Shown here one piece after another: positions 10,637 to 19,436 of a stretch of 64,000 bases of DNA; the first letter of the stretch is position 1, and each line of letters begins with the position of its first letter. The DNA lies in NCBI GenBank assembly GCA_964411275.1, contig CAYPKG010000002.1:25669-89668 (forward strand). Direction: 5' to 3'. The stretch comes from an uncultured Oscillospiraceae bacterium. Lineage in GTDB: Bacteria > Bacillota > Clostridia > Christensenellales > CAG-138. Position numbers and translations under genes: made by a program. The notes under the pieces are model-generated. The model searched no databases and had not been told where the DNA came from. It worked only from the letters and a program-made list of their open reading frames with translations.

Positions 10637-10714
10637 TGAAAACGAAGCCGCAAACGGTGATGTTTTCGGCGGGTTTGGATTAATTGCTTAGGAATGGTTG
10701 GGGAGAGTAGACAC

Positions 10715-13700
10715 ATGGCAATGGAGTTTGATGAAATCGTAAGGCAGGCAGGCCCTTGGGCCGCCGGCCTTTCTTTAGAGCAGGTCAGGTTGAAAAAGGC
10801 CACAGGCGGGCTTGTGATCACATTTTCGGCACAGCAGCCAATTACAATGGAGCAGCGGGATATTCTCTATGGGTTGTTAAAACGGCATTTTGCTGGATAC
10901 GCCCTGGAGCTGGTGCTGCCCGTTGTGGAAAATGAGTCGGAGCCTGTTCGTCTCGCGGGGGCTGCGCCCAGCACAACGCTGCCGGAGTCAGCGTTTGCGG
11001 CACCGCGTGGGCCGGGGGCGGAGAAACCCTCGAAAGGAACCACCCGGTCTGCTGTGAAGCCTACGGCGGCGGGAGACGTGGTTTATGGCAAGGAAATCAA
11101 AAGATGCGCCGTCCTGGAGATGGCAGAGCTGCGCGAAGACAGCGGCAGGGTGACGGTGGAGGGCGAGATCACCGCCATGGAATTAAGAAAGCTCAATGGC
11201 GGCTCAGACAAGCAGTTGATGTTGTTTTCCATTACGGATTATACGAACACCATCCAATGCAAGCTCTTTTTGGAGAATGCCCGGGCCCGTAAGGTGGACA
11301 GCAGGCTTGCCCGCATTCAAAAGGCGGGGGAGCGGCTGCGGGTGCGTGGGGATTGCAGGCCCGACCAGTTTTCAGGCGAGCTTGCCATATACCCCCTGGA
11401 CGTGAACCGGCTGCCCGCCATCTCCCGGGAGGATACCGTAGAGGGTGGCAAGCGGGTCGAGCTGCACCTGCATACCACGATGTCCAGCATGGACGCCTTG
11501 ACAAAGGTTGATGCGGCGATTGCCGCCGCTGCCCGTTGGGGACATAAGGCAATCGCCATCACCGACCACGGCGTCGTACAGGCGTTTCCGGACGCGGCCA
11601 AGGCTGCGAAAAAGGCGGGGATTAAGCCGCTGTTCGGCGTGGAAGGGTATCTAAGGCCGGACTGCGAGCTGCTGCCTCTTGAGGGTCAGACGTTCGTGGT
11701 GTTCGACCTGGAAACCACGGGCTTAAAAGCCGAACAGGGACATATCATCGAAATCGGCGCGGTGAAGATGAAAGACGGCGGCGTAATGGGCAGGTTTAAC
11801 ACATTTGTGGACCCAGCCGGGCCCATTCCTCCCAACATCGTCGCGCTGACGGGGATTACCGACGACATGGTAAAAGGCGCGCCCTGCACCGAGGACGCGC
11901 TCAAGGCGTTTAAGGAATTTTGCGGCGAAGGCGTGCTTTTGTGCGCCCACAATGCGGCGTTTGACGTGGGTTTTGTCCGGGTGCATGGCGACCGCTACGG
12001 CATCGCCTTTGACCAGCCGTATGTGGACACGCTGATGCTTTCCCGGCACCTGCTGCTGGACATGGAAAACCACAAGCTCAACACCGTTTGCAAGCGGCTT
12101 TCTATTTCCTTGGAAAATCATCACCGGGCGGTGGACGACGCAGAGGCTACGGCCCTGGCGCTTATAAAGCTCCTTGACATGATCCGGGACAAGGGGGTTA
12201 GGACCCTGCCTGCCGTGGTAAAGGACAATGTGCTCACAGAGGGCAAAAAAAGCAAGTATAAAACCAACCACATCGTAATCCTCGCGAAAACCCAGGCTGG
12301 GATGAAAAATCTGTACCGGCTGGTCAGCTTCGCCCACCTTGACTATTTCCACAGCCGCCCTCAGATTCCCCGTAGCCTTCTATCCCTGTACCGGGAGGGG
12401 CTTATATTGGGCTCCGCCTGCGAGCAGGGAGAGCTGTATCAGGCGATGGTCAAGGGCGAGAGCGAGGAAACCATACGCAATATTGCCGATTGGTACGATT
12501 ATCTTGAAATACAGCCTCTAAGCAACAACGCGTTTATGGTACGCGAGGGAATAGTGCGGGACGACAACGCCCTGAAGGATTTGAATAAAAGGATCGTGGA
12601 GCTGGGGCAAGCGTTGGGGAAACCCGTGGCGGCCACAGGCGACGTGCATTTTTTTAAGCCTGAGGACGCCATGTTCCGGGCCATCATCATGCATGAAATG
12701 GGCTTTGCGGACGCGGACAACCAGGCGCCGCTGTATTTTAAAACCACCGGCGAAATGCTCAATGAGTTTTCGTATCTTGGCGAGGAACTTGCCCACAAGG
12801 TGGTGGTGGACTGGCCCAACGAAATTGCGGACAGCATCGAAACGCTCAAACCCTACCCCGACGGCACCCACGCGCCCAGGATTGAAAACGCGGAGGAAAA
12901 CCTCACAAACATGGCGGTGGGGGGCGCACATGCGCTTTATGGCGAGCAGCTGCCGGATGTGGTGCAAAAACGGCTGGACAAAGAACTCAACTCCATCATC
13001 AATAACGGCTTTGCTTCGCTGTATGTGGTGGCCCAGCGGTTGGTGGAAAAATCCCTGGGGGATGGATACCTCGTGGGCTCCCGTGGTTCCGTAGGCTCGT
13101 CCTTTGTGGCGACCATGGCCGGGATTACGGAGGTCAACCCGCTGCCGCCCCATTACATCTGCCCCAACTGCCGGCATTCGGAATTTGATGTGGACAGGAG
13201 AAAATACGCCTGCGGCGTGGACATGCCGGACAAAAACTGCCCCAAATGCGGTTCCGCCTATCAAAAGGCGGGCTATGACATCCCCTTCGAGGTGTTCTTG
13301 GGCTTCCACGGGGACAAGACCCCGGATATCGATCTCAATTTCTCCGGCGAGTATCAGCCGGTTGCCCATAAATACACCGAGGAGATATTCGGCAAGGGGC
13401 GCGCTTTTCGCGCGGGCACCATCAGCGCCATACAGGATAAAACCGTGTACGGGTATGTGATGAAGTATTTAGAGGAAAAGGGAAGGAAGGTCAGCCGCGC
13501 GGAGATCGACCGGCTTTGCGCAGGCTGCTCCGGGGTCAAGCGCACCACCGGCCAGCATCCAGGCGGCATCGTGGTGGTGCCGAAAGACCGGGACATCATG
13601 GAATTTACGCCCATCCAGTACCCGGCGGATCAAAAGACAAAGAACACCATCACCACCCACTTTGATTTTCACGCCCTGGACGACCGGCTGGTGAAGCTGG

Positions 13701-14749
13701 ATATACTTGGCCACGACGACCCCACGGCTTTGAAGATGCTCAAGGACCTCACCGGGATCGATCCGAGAAGCATCCCCTTGGACGATCCGGAAACGGTCAG
13801 GATGTACTCCAGCTCCGAGCCGCTGGGGGTGGATCTGCTGGCCCTTGGCGGCTGCGACGTGGGCAGCCTGGGCATCCCGGAATTCGGCACGGGGTTTGTC
13901 AGGCAAATGCTGATGGACACCCGCCCTACCACCATGGAGGAGCTGGTGCGAATAGCGGGATTGTCCCACGGCACGGACGTTTGGCTGAACAACGCCCAGG
14001 ACCTGGTGCTGTCGAAAACCGCCACGCTGTCCCAGGTCATCTGTACCAGGGACGATATCATGAACTATCTCATTGCCCACGGATGCGAGCCCTCCATTTC
14101 ATTTAAGACCATGGAAAGCGTGCGAAAGGGCAGGGGGCTGACGCCGGAAATGGAGGCGGCCATGGCGGGCCAAAGCATTCCGGCATGGTTTGTGGACAGC
14201 TGCAAAAAGATCAAGTATATGTTCCCGAGAGCCCACGCCGTGGCATACGTGATGATGAGCTTTCGCATTGCCTACTATAAGCTCCATTACCCTCTCGCCT
14301 TTTATGCGGTATACTACACAGTCCGGGCGGACGCGTTTGACGTACAACCCTCCCTTGGCGGCGCAGAGGCGGTGCTATCGAAGATCAAAGCCATCGAGAA
14401 AAAGGGCAAGGCCGCCAGCAAGCTTGAAAAAGACCTGCTGACAATCCTTGAGGTAGTATACGAAATGAATCTCAGGGGGATCGGGCTTTTGCCCGTGGAT
14501 TTATATCAATCCCACGCCACCCGCTTCCAGATCGAGGATGGGAAGATACGCCCGCCCTTCTCCGCCGTGTCCGGCGTGGGGGTCAACGCCGCCATCGCCA
14601 TCGCCGATGCGTGCAAGGCTGGAGAGCGGTTTTTGTCCATCGAGGATTTTCAGCTCAAAACCAGGGCCAACTCCGCGGTGGTGGCAGCCTTGGAGGAGGC
14701 GGGCTGTTTCGCCGGCATGGGCAGGACAAACCAACTGAGCCTCTTTTAG
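10715..14749 (+). CDS. polC: DNA polymerase III PolC-type alpha subunit
   Basis: OB domain, PHP (ELHLHTTMS, AITDHG) with an inserted DEDDh exonuclease (VFDLETTG), zinc finger CPNC..CPKC, PDIDLNF and GQHPGG. No intein seen. Confidence 0.98.
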   Translation: MAMEFDEIVRQAGPWAAGLSLEQVRLKKATGGLVITFSAQQPITMEQRDILYGLLKRHFAGYALELVLPVVENESEPVRLAGAAPSTTLPESAFAAPRGPGAEKPSKGTTRSAVKPTAAGDVVYGKEIKRCAVLEMAELREDSGRVTVEGEITAMELRKLNGGSDKQLMLFSITDYTNTIQCKLFLENARARKVDSRLARIQKAGERLRVRGDCRPDQFSGELAIYPLDVNRLPAISREDTVEGGKRVELHLHTTMSSMDALTKVDAAIAAAARWGHKAIAITDHGVVQAFPDAAKAAKKAGIKPLFGVEGYLRPDCELLPLEGQTFVVFDLETTGLKAEQGHIIEIGAVKMKDGGVMGRFNTFVDPAGPIPPNIVALTGITDDMVKGAPCTEDALKAFKEFCGEGVLLCAHNAAFDVGFVRVHGDRYGIAFDQPYVDTLMLSRHLLLDMENHKLNTVCKRLSISLENHHRAVDDAEATALALIKLLDMIRDKGVRTLPAVVKDNVLTEGKKSKYKTNHIVILAKTQAGMKNLYRLVSFAHLDYFHSRPQIPRSLLSLYREGLILGSACEQGELYQAMVKGESEETIRNIADWYDYLEIQPLSNNAFMVREGIVRDDNALKDLNKRIVELGQALGKPVAATGDVHFFKPEDAMFRAIIMHEMGFADADNQAPLYFKTTGEMLNEFSYLGEELAHKVVVDWPNEIADSIETLKPYPDGTHAPRIENAEENLTNMAVGGAHALYGEQLPDVVQKRLDKELNSIINNGFASLYVVAQRLVEKSLGDGYLVGSRGSVGSSFVATMAGITEVNPLPPHYICPNCRHSEFDVDRRKYACGVDMPDKNCPKCGSAYQKAGYDIPFEVFLGFHGDKTPDIDLNFSGEYQPVAHKYTEEIFGKGRAFRAGTISAIQDKTVYGYVMKYLEEKGRKVSRAEIDRLCAGCSGVKRTTGQHPGGIVVVPKDRDIMEFTPIQYPADQKTKNTITTHFDFHALDDRLVKLDILGHDDPTALKMLKDLTGIDPRSIPLDDPETVRMYSSSEPLGVDLLALGGCDVGSLGIPEFGTGFVRQMLMDTRPTTMEELVRIAGLSHGTDVWLNNAQDLVLSKTATLSQVICTRDDIMNYLIAHGCEPSISFKTMESVRKGRGLTPEMEAAMAGQSIPAWFVDSCKKIKYMFPRAHAVAYVMMSFRIAYYKLHYPLAFYAVYYTVRADAFDVQPSLGGAEAVLSKIKAIEKKGKAASKLEKDLLTILEVVYEMNLRGIGLLPVDLYQSHATRFQIEDGKIRPPFSAVSGVGVNAAIAIADACKAGERFLSIEDFQLKTRANSAVVAALEEAGCFAGMGRTNQLSLF

Positions 14750-14852
14750 AAAAAACGGACAGCAAAGCGCTTGAGATTGACGGCCTGCTGCTATCACCGT
14801 AGATTTTCGCGTCCTTGTGGATGGGGCATTCCAATATTTTCTTTCTCATATT

Positions 14853-14878
14853 TGCAGCAAATCACGGTTTCAACCGTC
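14853..14878 (+). promoter_or_regulatory. Putative ECF-type (autoregulatory) promoter
   Basis: TGCAGC-16 nt-CGTC upstream of the ECF gene, resembling the Bacillus ECF consensus TGAAAC-N16-CGT(C/A). Confidence 0.5.
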
Positions 14879-14909
14879 TATATATTGATGGAAAGGGAGG
14901 TGCAGCCGT

Positions 14910-15416
14910 TTGGCATATGACAGCTTTGATGTCCTGTATGAGGACTGGTCGCCAATAGTGTACTGGACGGCATACGGCATCTCTCATCATCACGAGGCGG
15001 CTATGGACGTCACCCAAACGGTGTTCTTACAGGCGTTTCGCCATTGGGATACCCTTTGTGCGCTGGAACCCCAGCAGGTAAAGGCCTGGATCTGGCGCAC
15101 GGCGCGAAACACGGGCCTGGATCAGCTGAAAAAAAACAGGCGGGAAGTGCTTGTATTTGAGCCGCCGGAAAACAAAGATCATTCGGACACACCGGAGGAA
15201 GCGGTCATAAGGCGGGAGCGGGCGGACCGGATCTGGCAGGCGGTGGAGGAATTGCCCGCCCATTACAGGGAAGCGATCGTGCTGCATTATTTCGCGCACC
15301 TCACCCAACAGGAGGCGGCGAAGGCGCTGGGCGTTACAGGCGGCACATACCGGTCCCGGCTGGCCCGGGGCAGAGCGATGCTGGAGAAGGGAGGCTTGCT
15401 GGATGGATCTATTTAA
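14910..15416 (+). CDS. ECF RNA polymerase sigma factor
   Basis: Region 2 (DVTQTVFLQAF, KAWIWRTARNTGLD) and region 4 (LPAHYREAIVLHYF, TYRSRLARGR). GGGAGG RBS before TTG. Confidence 0.92.
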   Translation: MAYDSFDVLYEDWSPIVYWTAYGISHHHEAAMDVTQTVFLQAFRHWDTLCALEPQQVKAWIWRTARNTGLDQLKKNRREVLVFEPPENKDHSDTPEEAVIRRERADRIWQAVEELPAHYREAIVLHYFAHLTQQEAAKALGVTGGTYRSRLARGRAMLEKGGLLDGSI

Positions 15417-16788
15417 CAAACTGCTTTATGACGCGGCGGAGCAAAAGACACAAGCGCTTCCCTTACAGGATCTATTGGAGACGATTAAAAGGGAGGGCGC
15501 AGTGGAAGCGCCTGCCCACAAGACTATAAGGCGGCCCATGCGGCGCTCCTTCGTGCTTGCGGCGGCAATCGTGCTCATGTTGATGCTGTTTGCGGTGCCT
15601 GCGTTAGCGGACATGCGCATCGTGGTGGTGGACGGGGTGACCCGCCTCGCCGTGGACGGAAGGGTACGGGTTGACGGCGTCGTATACGAATTGGACGCCC
15701 CGCTTGAGGAGGCAGGCATCCGCTGGGAGCCGGAAAACAACCAGTATGTCATCGAGCCGCCTGCCACGCCCACGCCCGAGGCAACAAATATCCCCACGCC
15801 CACGCCATCCCCCACGCCGGAGCTGTATACCGTCACTGCAGTCACGCCTGTGGAGGTGTATACCACGGCGGCCATTTTGGTGTATGACGGGCCTGGGGAG
15901 AATTTCCCCGTGCTTGGCCGCCTGGCGACGGGTTCCAGAACGGAGAAAACAGGCATATCCGGTGACGGCTGGGCTATGATCGGGTTTGAAGGCAAGACCG
16001 GGTTTGTCCGGGATGTGGAATTAAGCTATGCCCCCAAAACCCCGGTGGAGTATCCGGCGGTAAAAAAACGGGCGGTTATGGACGCTGTTGTTCGGGATGC
16101 GCCGGATGAAAACGCCGCTGTCATCGGCAGCCTCGCGATTGGCGACCGGGTGGAAAGCAACGGCAGCCTCGGCGAGTGGACCCGGATCAAATGGCAGGGT
16201 CAGGCGGGATATGTGGAGGAAAACGCCCTGGCCGTCTACGAGGAGGGCAAGGACAGGCGTACAGACGGGTATTTTGTTATCGACGGCGTTCAATACAGCC
16301 TTGGGTATCCTGATGGAGGCGAGGGCTGGGACGCGGTGCAGACAGAAACCGTGAAGTTTTACGCAAGCACAAACGCGGTGCTGTATGAGGGGCCGGGTGA
16401 GGAATACGCCCAGATAACGGTTCTGTATCCCGGCGAACAGGTGAAAAAAGTGGGCGCGTCGGGCGGCCATTGGATATTCCTCTATGATGGGCGGCTGTGC
16501 TATGGGGAGAAAGCTTCCTTTAAGGTGGCGCCGCTCACAGGCGCGGATTATCCGGCAAAGGAAAAGATTGTGATTGTGGAGGCCGAGGTGTGGGCAAAGC
16601 CCCGCATGGATCATCCGGAGGAATTTTTAGGCACCATCGCCCCCGGCACGAAGGTGTCCGCCACCGGCAGCATTGATGTGTGGATGCAGTTGACGGTTGA
16701 CGGGAAAAAGGTATATGTCTTGGAGGAAACCCTGATCAATCCCTGGGAGATAACGCCCACGCCGGATGGGGAAATGGCGGGGGAATAG
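15403..16788 (+). CDS. Putative membrane anti-sigma factor with Pro/Thr linker and four SH3b-like domains
   Basis: Overlaps the ECF stop. It has a short N-terminal cytoplasmic part, one hydrophobic helix (SFVLAAAIVLMLMLFAVPALA), a PT linker and four repeats of the form V/LY-x-GP..G..W....G..G(F/Y)V. Confidence 0.75.
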   Translation: MDLFNKLLYDAAEQKTQALPLQDLLETIKREGAVEAPAHKTIRRPMRRSFVLAAAIVLMLMLFAVPALADMRIVVVDGVTRLAVDGRVRVDGVVYELDAPLEEAGIRWEPENNQYVIEPPATPTPEATNIPTPTPSPTPELYTVTAVTPVEVYTTAAILVYDGPGENFPVLGRLATGSRTEKTGISGDGWAMIGFEGKTGFVRDVELSYAPKTPVEYPAVKKRAVMDAVVRDAPDENAAVIGSLAIGDRVESNGSLGEWTRIKWQGQAGYVEENALAVYEEGKDRRTDGYFVIDGVQYSLGYPDGGEGWDAVQTETVKFYASTNAVLYEGPGEEYAQITVLYPGEQVKKVGASGGHWIFLYDGRLCYGEKASFKVAPLTGADYPAKEKIVIVEAEVWAKPRMDHPEEFLGTIAPGTKVSATGSIDVWMQLTVDGKKVYVLEETLINPWEITPTPDGEMAGE

Positions 16789-16834
16789 ACGCGCGCAACG
16801 CGCGTCAGCCCCGTACAAATTGTGCCTGTTGTTT

Positions 16835-18622
16835 CTATTTAATCGTAATCCCGTAAATCTTCGCCGCCCGGGAGCCGATGACGATGGTATCGCCGTACAC
16901 GGCGGGGGAGGCCTCGAAATTATTCTCCTCGATGGTCAGCGTGTCCAGGGTTTCTCCGGTTCTGCCATCAACTAGATAGATATGCCCCCGGGTATCGCAT
17001 TGGATAACGTACCCGGTTCCGTCCGCTGTGTACACGGCCACGGGGGAGCTCCAGGCGTAGCGGTTGGTTTCCATAGACCAGACCTCCTCGCCGGTATGCT
17101 TGTTGAGCGCCACCAGCACGCCGCCGCTGGTGCTTGGGGTGCGGGCGATGGGGATGATGACAAGGTCCGAAATATTGCTTCCCGCTTTTCCCAGCACTGC
17201 CGTGGCCTGAATGCCGCCGGATACGCCGGAGACGGTGGCTACGTTGCGCTTGTATGTCCACAGCATCTTGCCGGTGACCGCGTCGATCTTGAAGAAGCCG
17301 ATGTCCCCGTGATCGTCGCTGCCCTTCGTCCAGTGAAGGGAGGTGCCCAGATACAGGTAGGCCGTGTGGTTTTCCATGTCCTCTTCCAGCACGGGGGAGC
17401 CGTTTGTATCGTCCCAGGTGTCCTGCACCCACACGATGTCCATTGTGTTGAGATCGATGCACTGCATCAGGCCGGCGTTATCCGAGTTATAGTAATAATG
17501 ATCCCAGATGGCGGCGCTGCCCTCGAAACCAAGCCAGTAGCTGTCCTCGCCGGTGCGGTTTGCGGTGCGGGCCGCGCCGTAGCGGTATTTTACAAGCTCC
17601 GAGGGGTTCATGGTAAGGGTGCCTGTGCTCTCGTCATATTTGGTATTCATCTTAACGGTATAGAGTATCCCGTTCTCCCCGGGGTATATGAGGGTATCCG
17701 CCGCCCCGTCCACCAACGGCGCGCTGTCGTAAGCATGCCAGGACCGTAGCGTGAAGGGATCCTCCCGCTTGCCGAACTCATACAGCCTTGTAAAGTCCAC
17801 CAGGCTGTAGACAAGCGCCCGGGTGTCCTGGCTTTCGTCGGAATATCCTTCGCCGGAGCCCAGGTACAGGATGGGGTATCCACGGGGGTCGAGGGAACCC
17901 GCGCCCTTAAAGGGCATGCCGATCTTGAGCTTGTCCCGGGTGGCCTTGCCGGTCTTGAGGTCGAGAAAATACACGTTCCCGTCCATGGTGGCGTATATTA
18001 CCTCCACCAGCGCGTCGTCCGCCTTTGCCCAGTCGTACATATTCATGATGGCCTTGGTGCTCTTTGGCCATTGCACCACAAGGGGCTGTCCCACCCAGCC
18101 GCTGCCCGTCCAATAGCCCTCGCCATTGGCGGAGATGCCCTTTCTCATGCTGCCGCTTTCCGCCGTCCAGGCCAGCGACAAGGATGTTGCATTGGAGGAG
18201 AGTGTTCCATAGCTTGCGCCGGAGCGGTAATTGTCCCCCCGGAACGTCAATACCCCCGGCAGCGCCGCGTAGTCTTCGCCCTTGCCGAATACCAGGGGAT
18301 CGGGCCTTATGTAGCTGTCCACCCGCTGACCGCCCACCTCCAGCTCCCGCCGGTAGCCAAACACTTCCGCTGTGGCGGTTTCATCCGCGTGGGGGGTATC
18401 AAACGAGGGCGCAGGCGTGGGTTCCGGTGTGGGCTCGGGGGTTGGCTCCGCTGGGGTCGCTTCCGCCTGCCCAGGATTTTTGCCCGGCCCAGGGGTGGAG
18501 ATCGGGGACTCCGGCCCGGGAGCGAGCATGGGCCCCAGGGCAAAAAAGCCCAGGGTTGCCGCTATGAGAAGCAGTACAACGAGTATTAAAATCTGTACAA
18601 GACTGAATTTTTTCCCTTTCAT
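16835..18622 (-). CDS. Membrane-anchored PQQ-like beta-propeller repeat protein
   Basis: N-terminal TM helix and PT linker, followed by repeated propeller motifs (YATMDGNVYFLDLKTGK, IDAVTGKMLW, LNKHTGEEVW, SSPVAV, ASPAVYG). Confidence 0.75.
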   Translation of the reverse strand: MKGKKFSLVQILILVVLLLIAATLGFFALGPMLAPGPESPISTPGPGKNPGQAEATPAEPTPEPTPEPTPAPSFDTPHADETATAEVFGYRRELEVGGQRVDSYIRPDPLVFGKGEDYAALPGVLTFRGDNYRSGASYGTLSSNATSLSLAWTAESGSMRKGISANGEGYWTGSGWVGQPLVVQWPKSTKAIMNMYDWAKADDALVEVIYATMDGNVYFLDLKTGKATRDKLKIGMPFKGAGSLDPRGYPILYLGSGEGYSDESQDTRALVYSLVDFTRLYEFGKREDPFTLRSWHAYDSAPLVDGAADTLIYPGENGILYTVKMNTKYDESTGTLTMNPSELVKYRYGAARTANRTGEDSYWLGFEGSAAIWDHYYYNSDNAGLMQCIDLNTMDIVWVQDTWDDTNGSPVLEEDMENHTAYLYLGTSLHWTKGSDDHGDIGFFKIDAVTGKMLWTYKRNVATVSGVSGGIQATAVLGKAGSNISDLVIIPIARTPSTSGGVLVALNKHTGEEVWSMETNRYAWSSPVAVYTADGTGYVIQCDTRGHIYLVDGRTGETLDTLTIEENNFEASPAVYGDTIVIGSRAAKIYGITIK

Positions 18623-18732
18623 TAACGAAACGACCTTTCTGTTTCCGATCACGAAGAAGAGGCGGGAAACACATGCAATCTCAAACAGTATAGCATAATC
18701 CTAAAGAAAAATCTGTCGGGATCACCATATTT

Positions 18733-19221
18733 TCATTGGTGAATATTGAGCCGCTCCAACAAAAACAGCAGCGGCAGGCCGATGACATAGCACGCGCCGA
18801 CCTGGCCAATGCCCACATACAGTGCACACAGCCAATAGGAAAGCTCCGGCGAATAGAGCACGTTCACCACCCAGCCCACAATAAACATGTTGAACACCAC
18901 CCCGGGCAGCGGCGCGAGATAGCGGCTGAACTCCAGCTCGCTAAAATACCGGGTGCAGACGGCGGCCAAAAGGGATGCGAGGCTTCCAAACACCAGATCG
19001 AGAAATGGCGCCCCCAGGAGTATGTTCGAGAGCAGGCAGCCTGCGAACAGCCCCGGCACCGCAGAGGGGAAAAACCAGGGCAGCACGCAAAGGGCCTCTG
19101 ACACCCGGCACTGGATGGCGCCGGAGGCGATGGGGGCGACTGCGATTGTTAAAACGGTGTACAGCGCGGCGATCAGCGCGCCGTATACGAGGCTGTTGGT
19201 GTCGGGGTGTAGTTGCTTCAT
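18733..19221 (-). CDS. queT: QueT queuosine-precursor transporter (ECF S-component)
   Basis: Motif ALIAALYTVLT..APIASGAIQCRVSEALCVLP, hydrophobic throughout, with a preQ1 riboswitch upstream. Confidence 0.9.
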   Translation of the reverse strand: MKQLHPDTNSLVYGALIAALYTVLTIAVAPIASGAIQCRVSEALCVLPWFFPSAVPGLFAGCLLSNILLGAPFLDLVFGSLASLLAAVCTRYFSELEFSRYLAPLPGVVFNMFIVGWVVNVLYSPELSYWLCALYVGIGQVGACYVIGLPLLFLLERLNIHQ

Positions 19222-19297
19222 TGGGGGCTCCTTCCGGACGAGCGAAACCTACATAAAGCAACCCTCCGCCGCCCTAATTGGGCTTGGAGGCCCCCCA

Positions 19298-19352
19298 TAG
19301 TTTTATTGCCCGGCCGATGGCAAACGGGCGACAGGATGGTTTCGAACTGTCC
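19298..19352 (-). ncRNA. preQ1 class I riboswitch (with inserted hairpin)
   Basis: Minus strand reads GACAG-UUCGAAACCAUC-CUGUC (P1/loop), then hairpin GCCCG..CGGGC, then A-rich tail AAUAAAACUA. It sits upstream of queT. Confidence 0.85.
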
Positions 19353-19436
19353 TCAATATTTCATTCCATTAAAAACCGGCACATATTTCAGTGCCGGACA
19401 AGTATAACACATCTCATGATATATGTCACCTATTTA

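Noticed and set aside
10715-14749. Intein or frameshift in polC
   Set aside because: Length and domain order are normal. The PHP insertion is the standard exonuclease.
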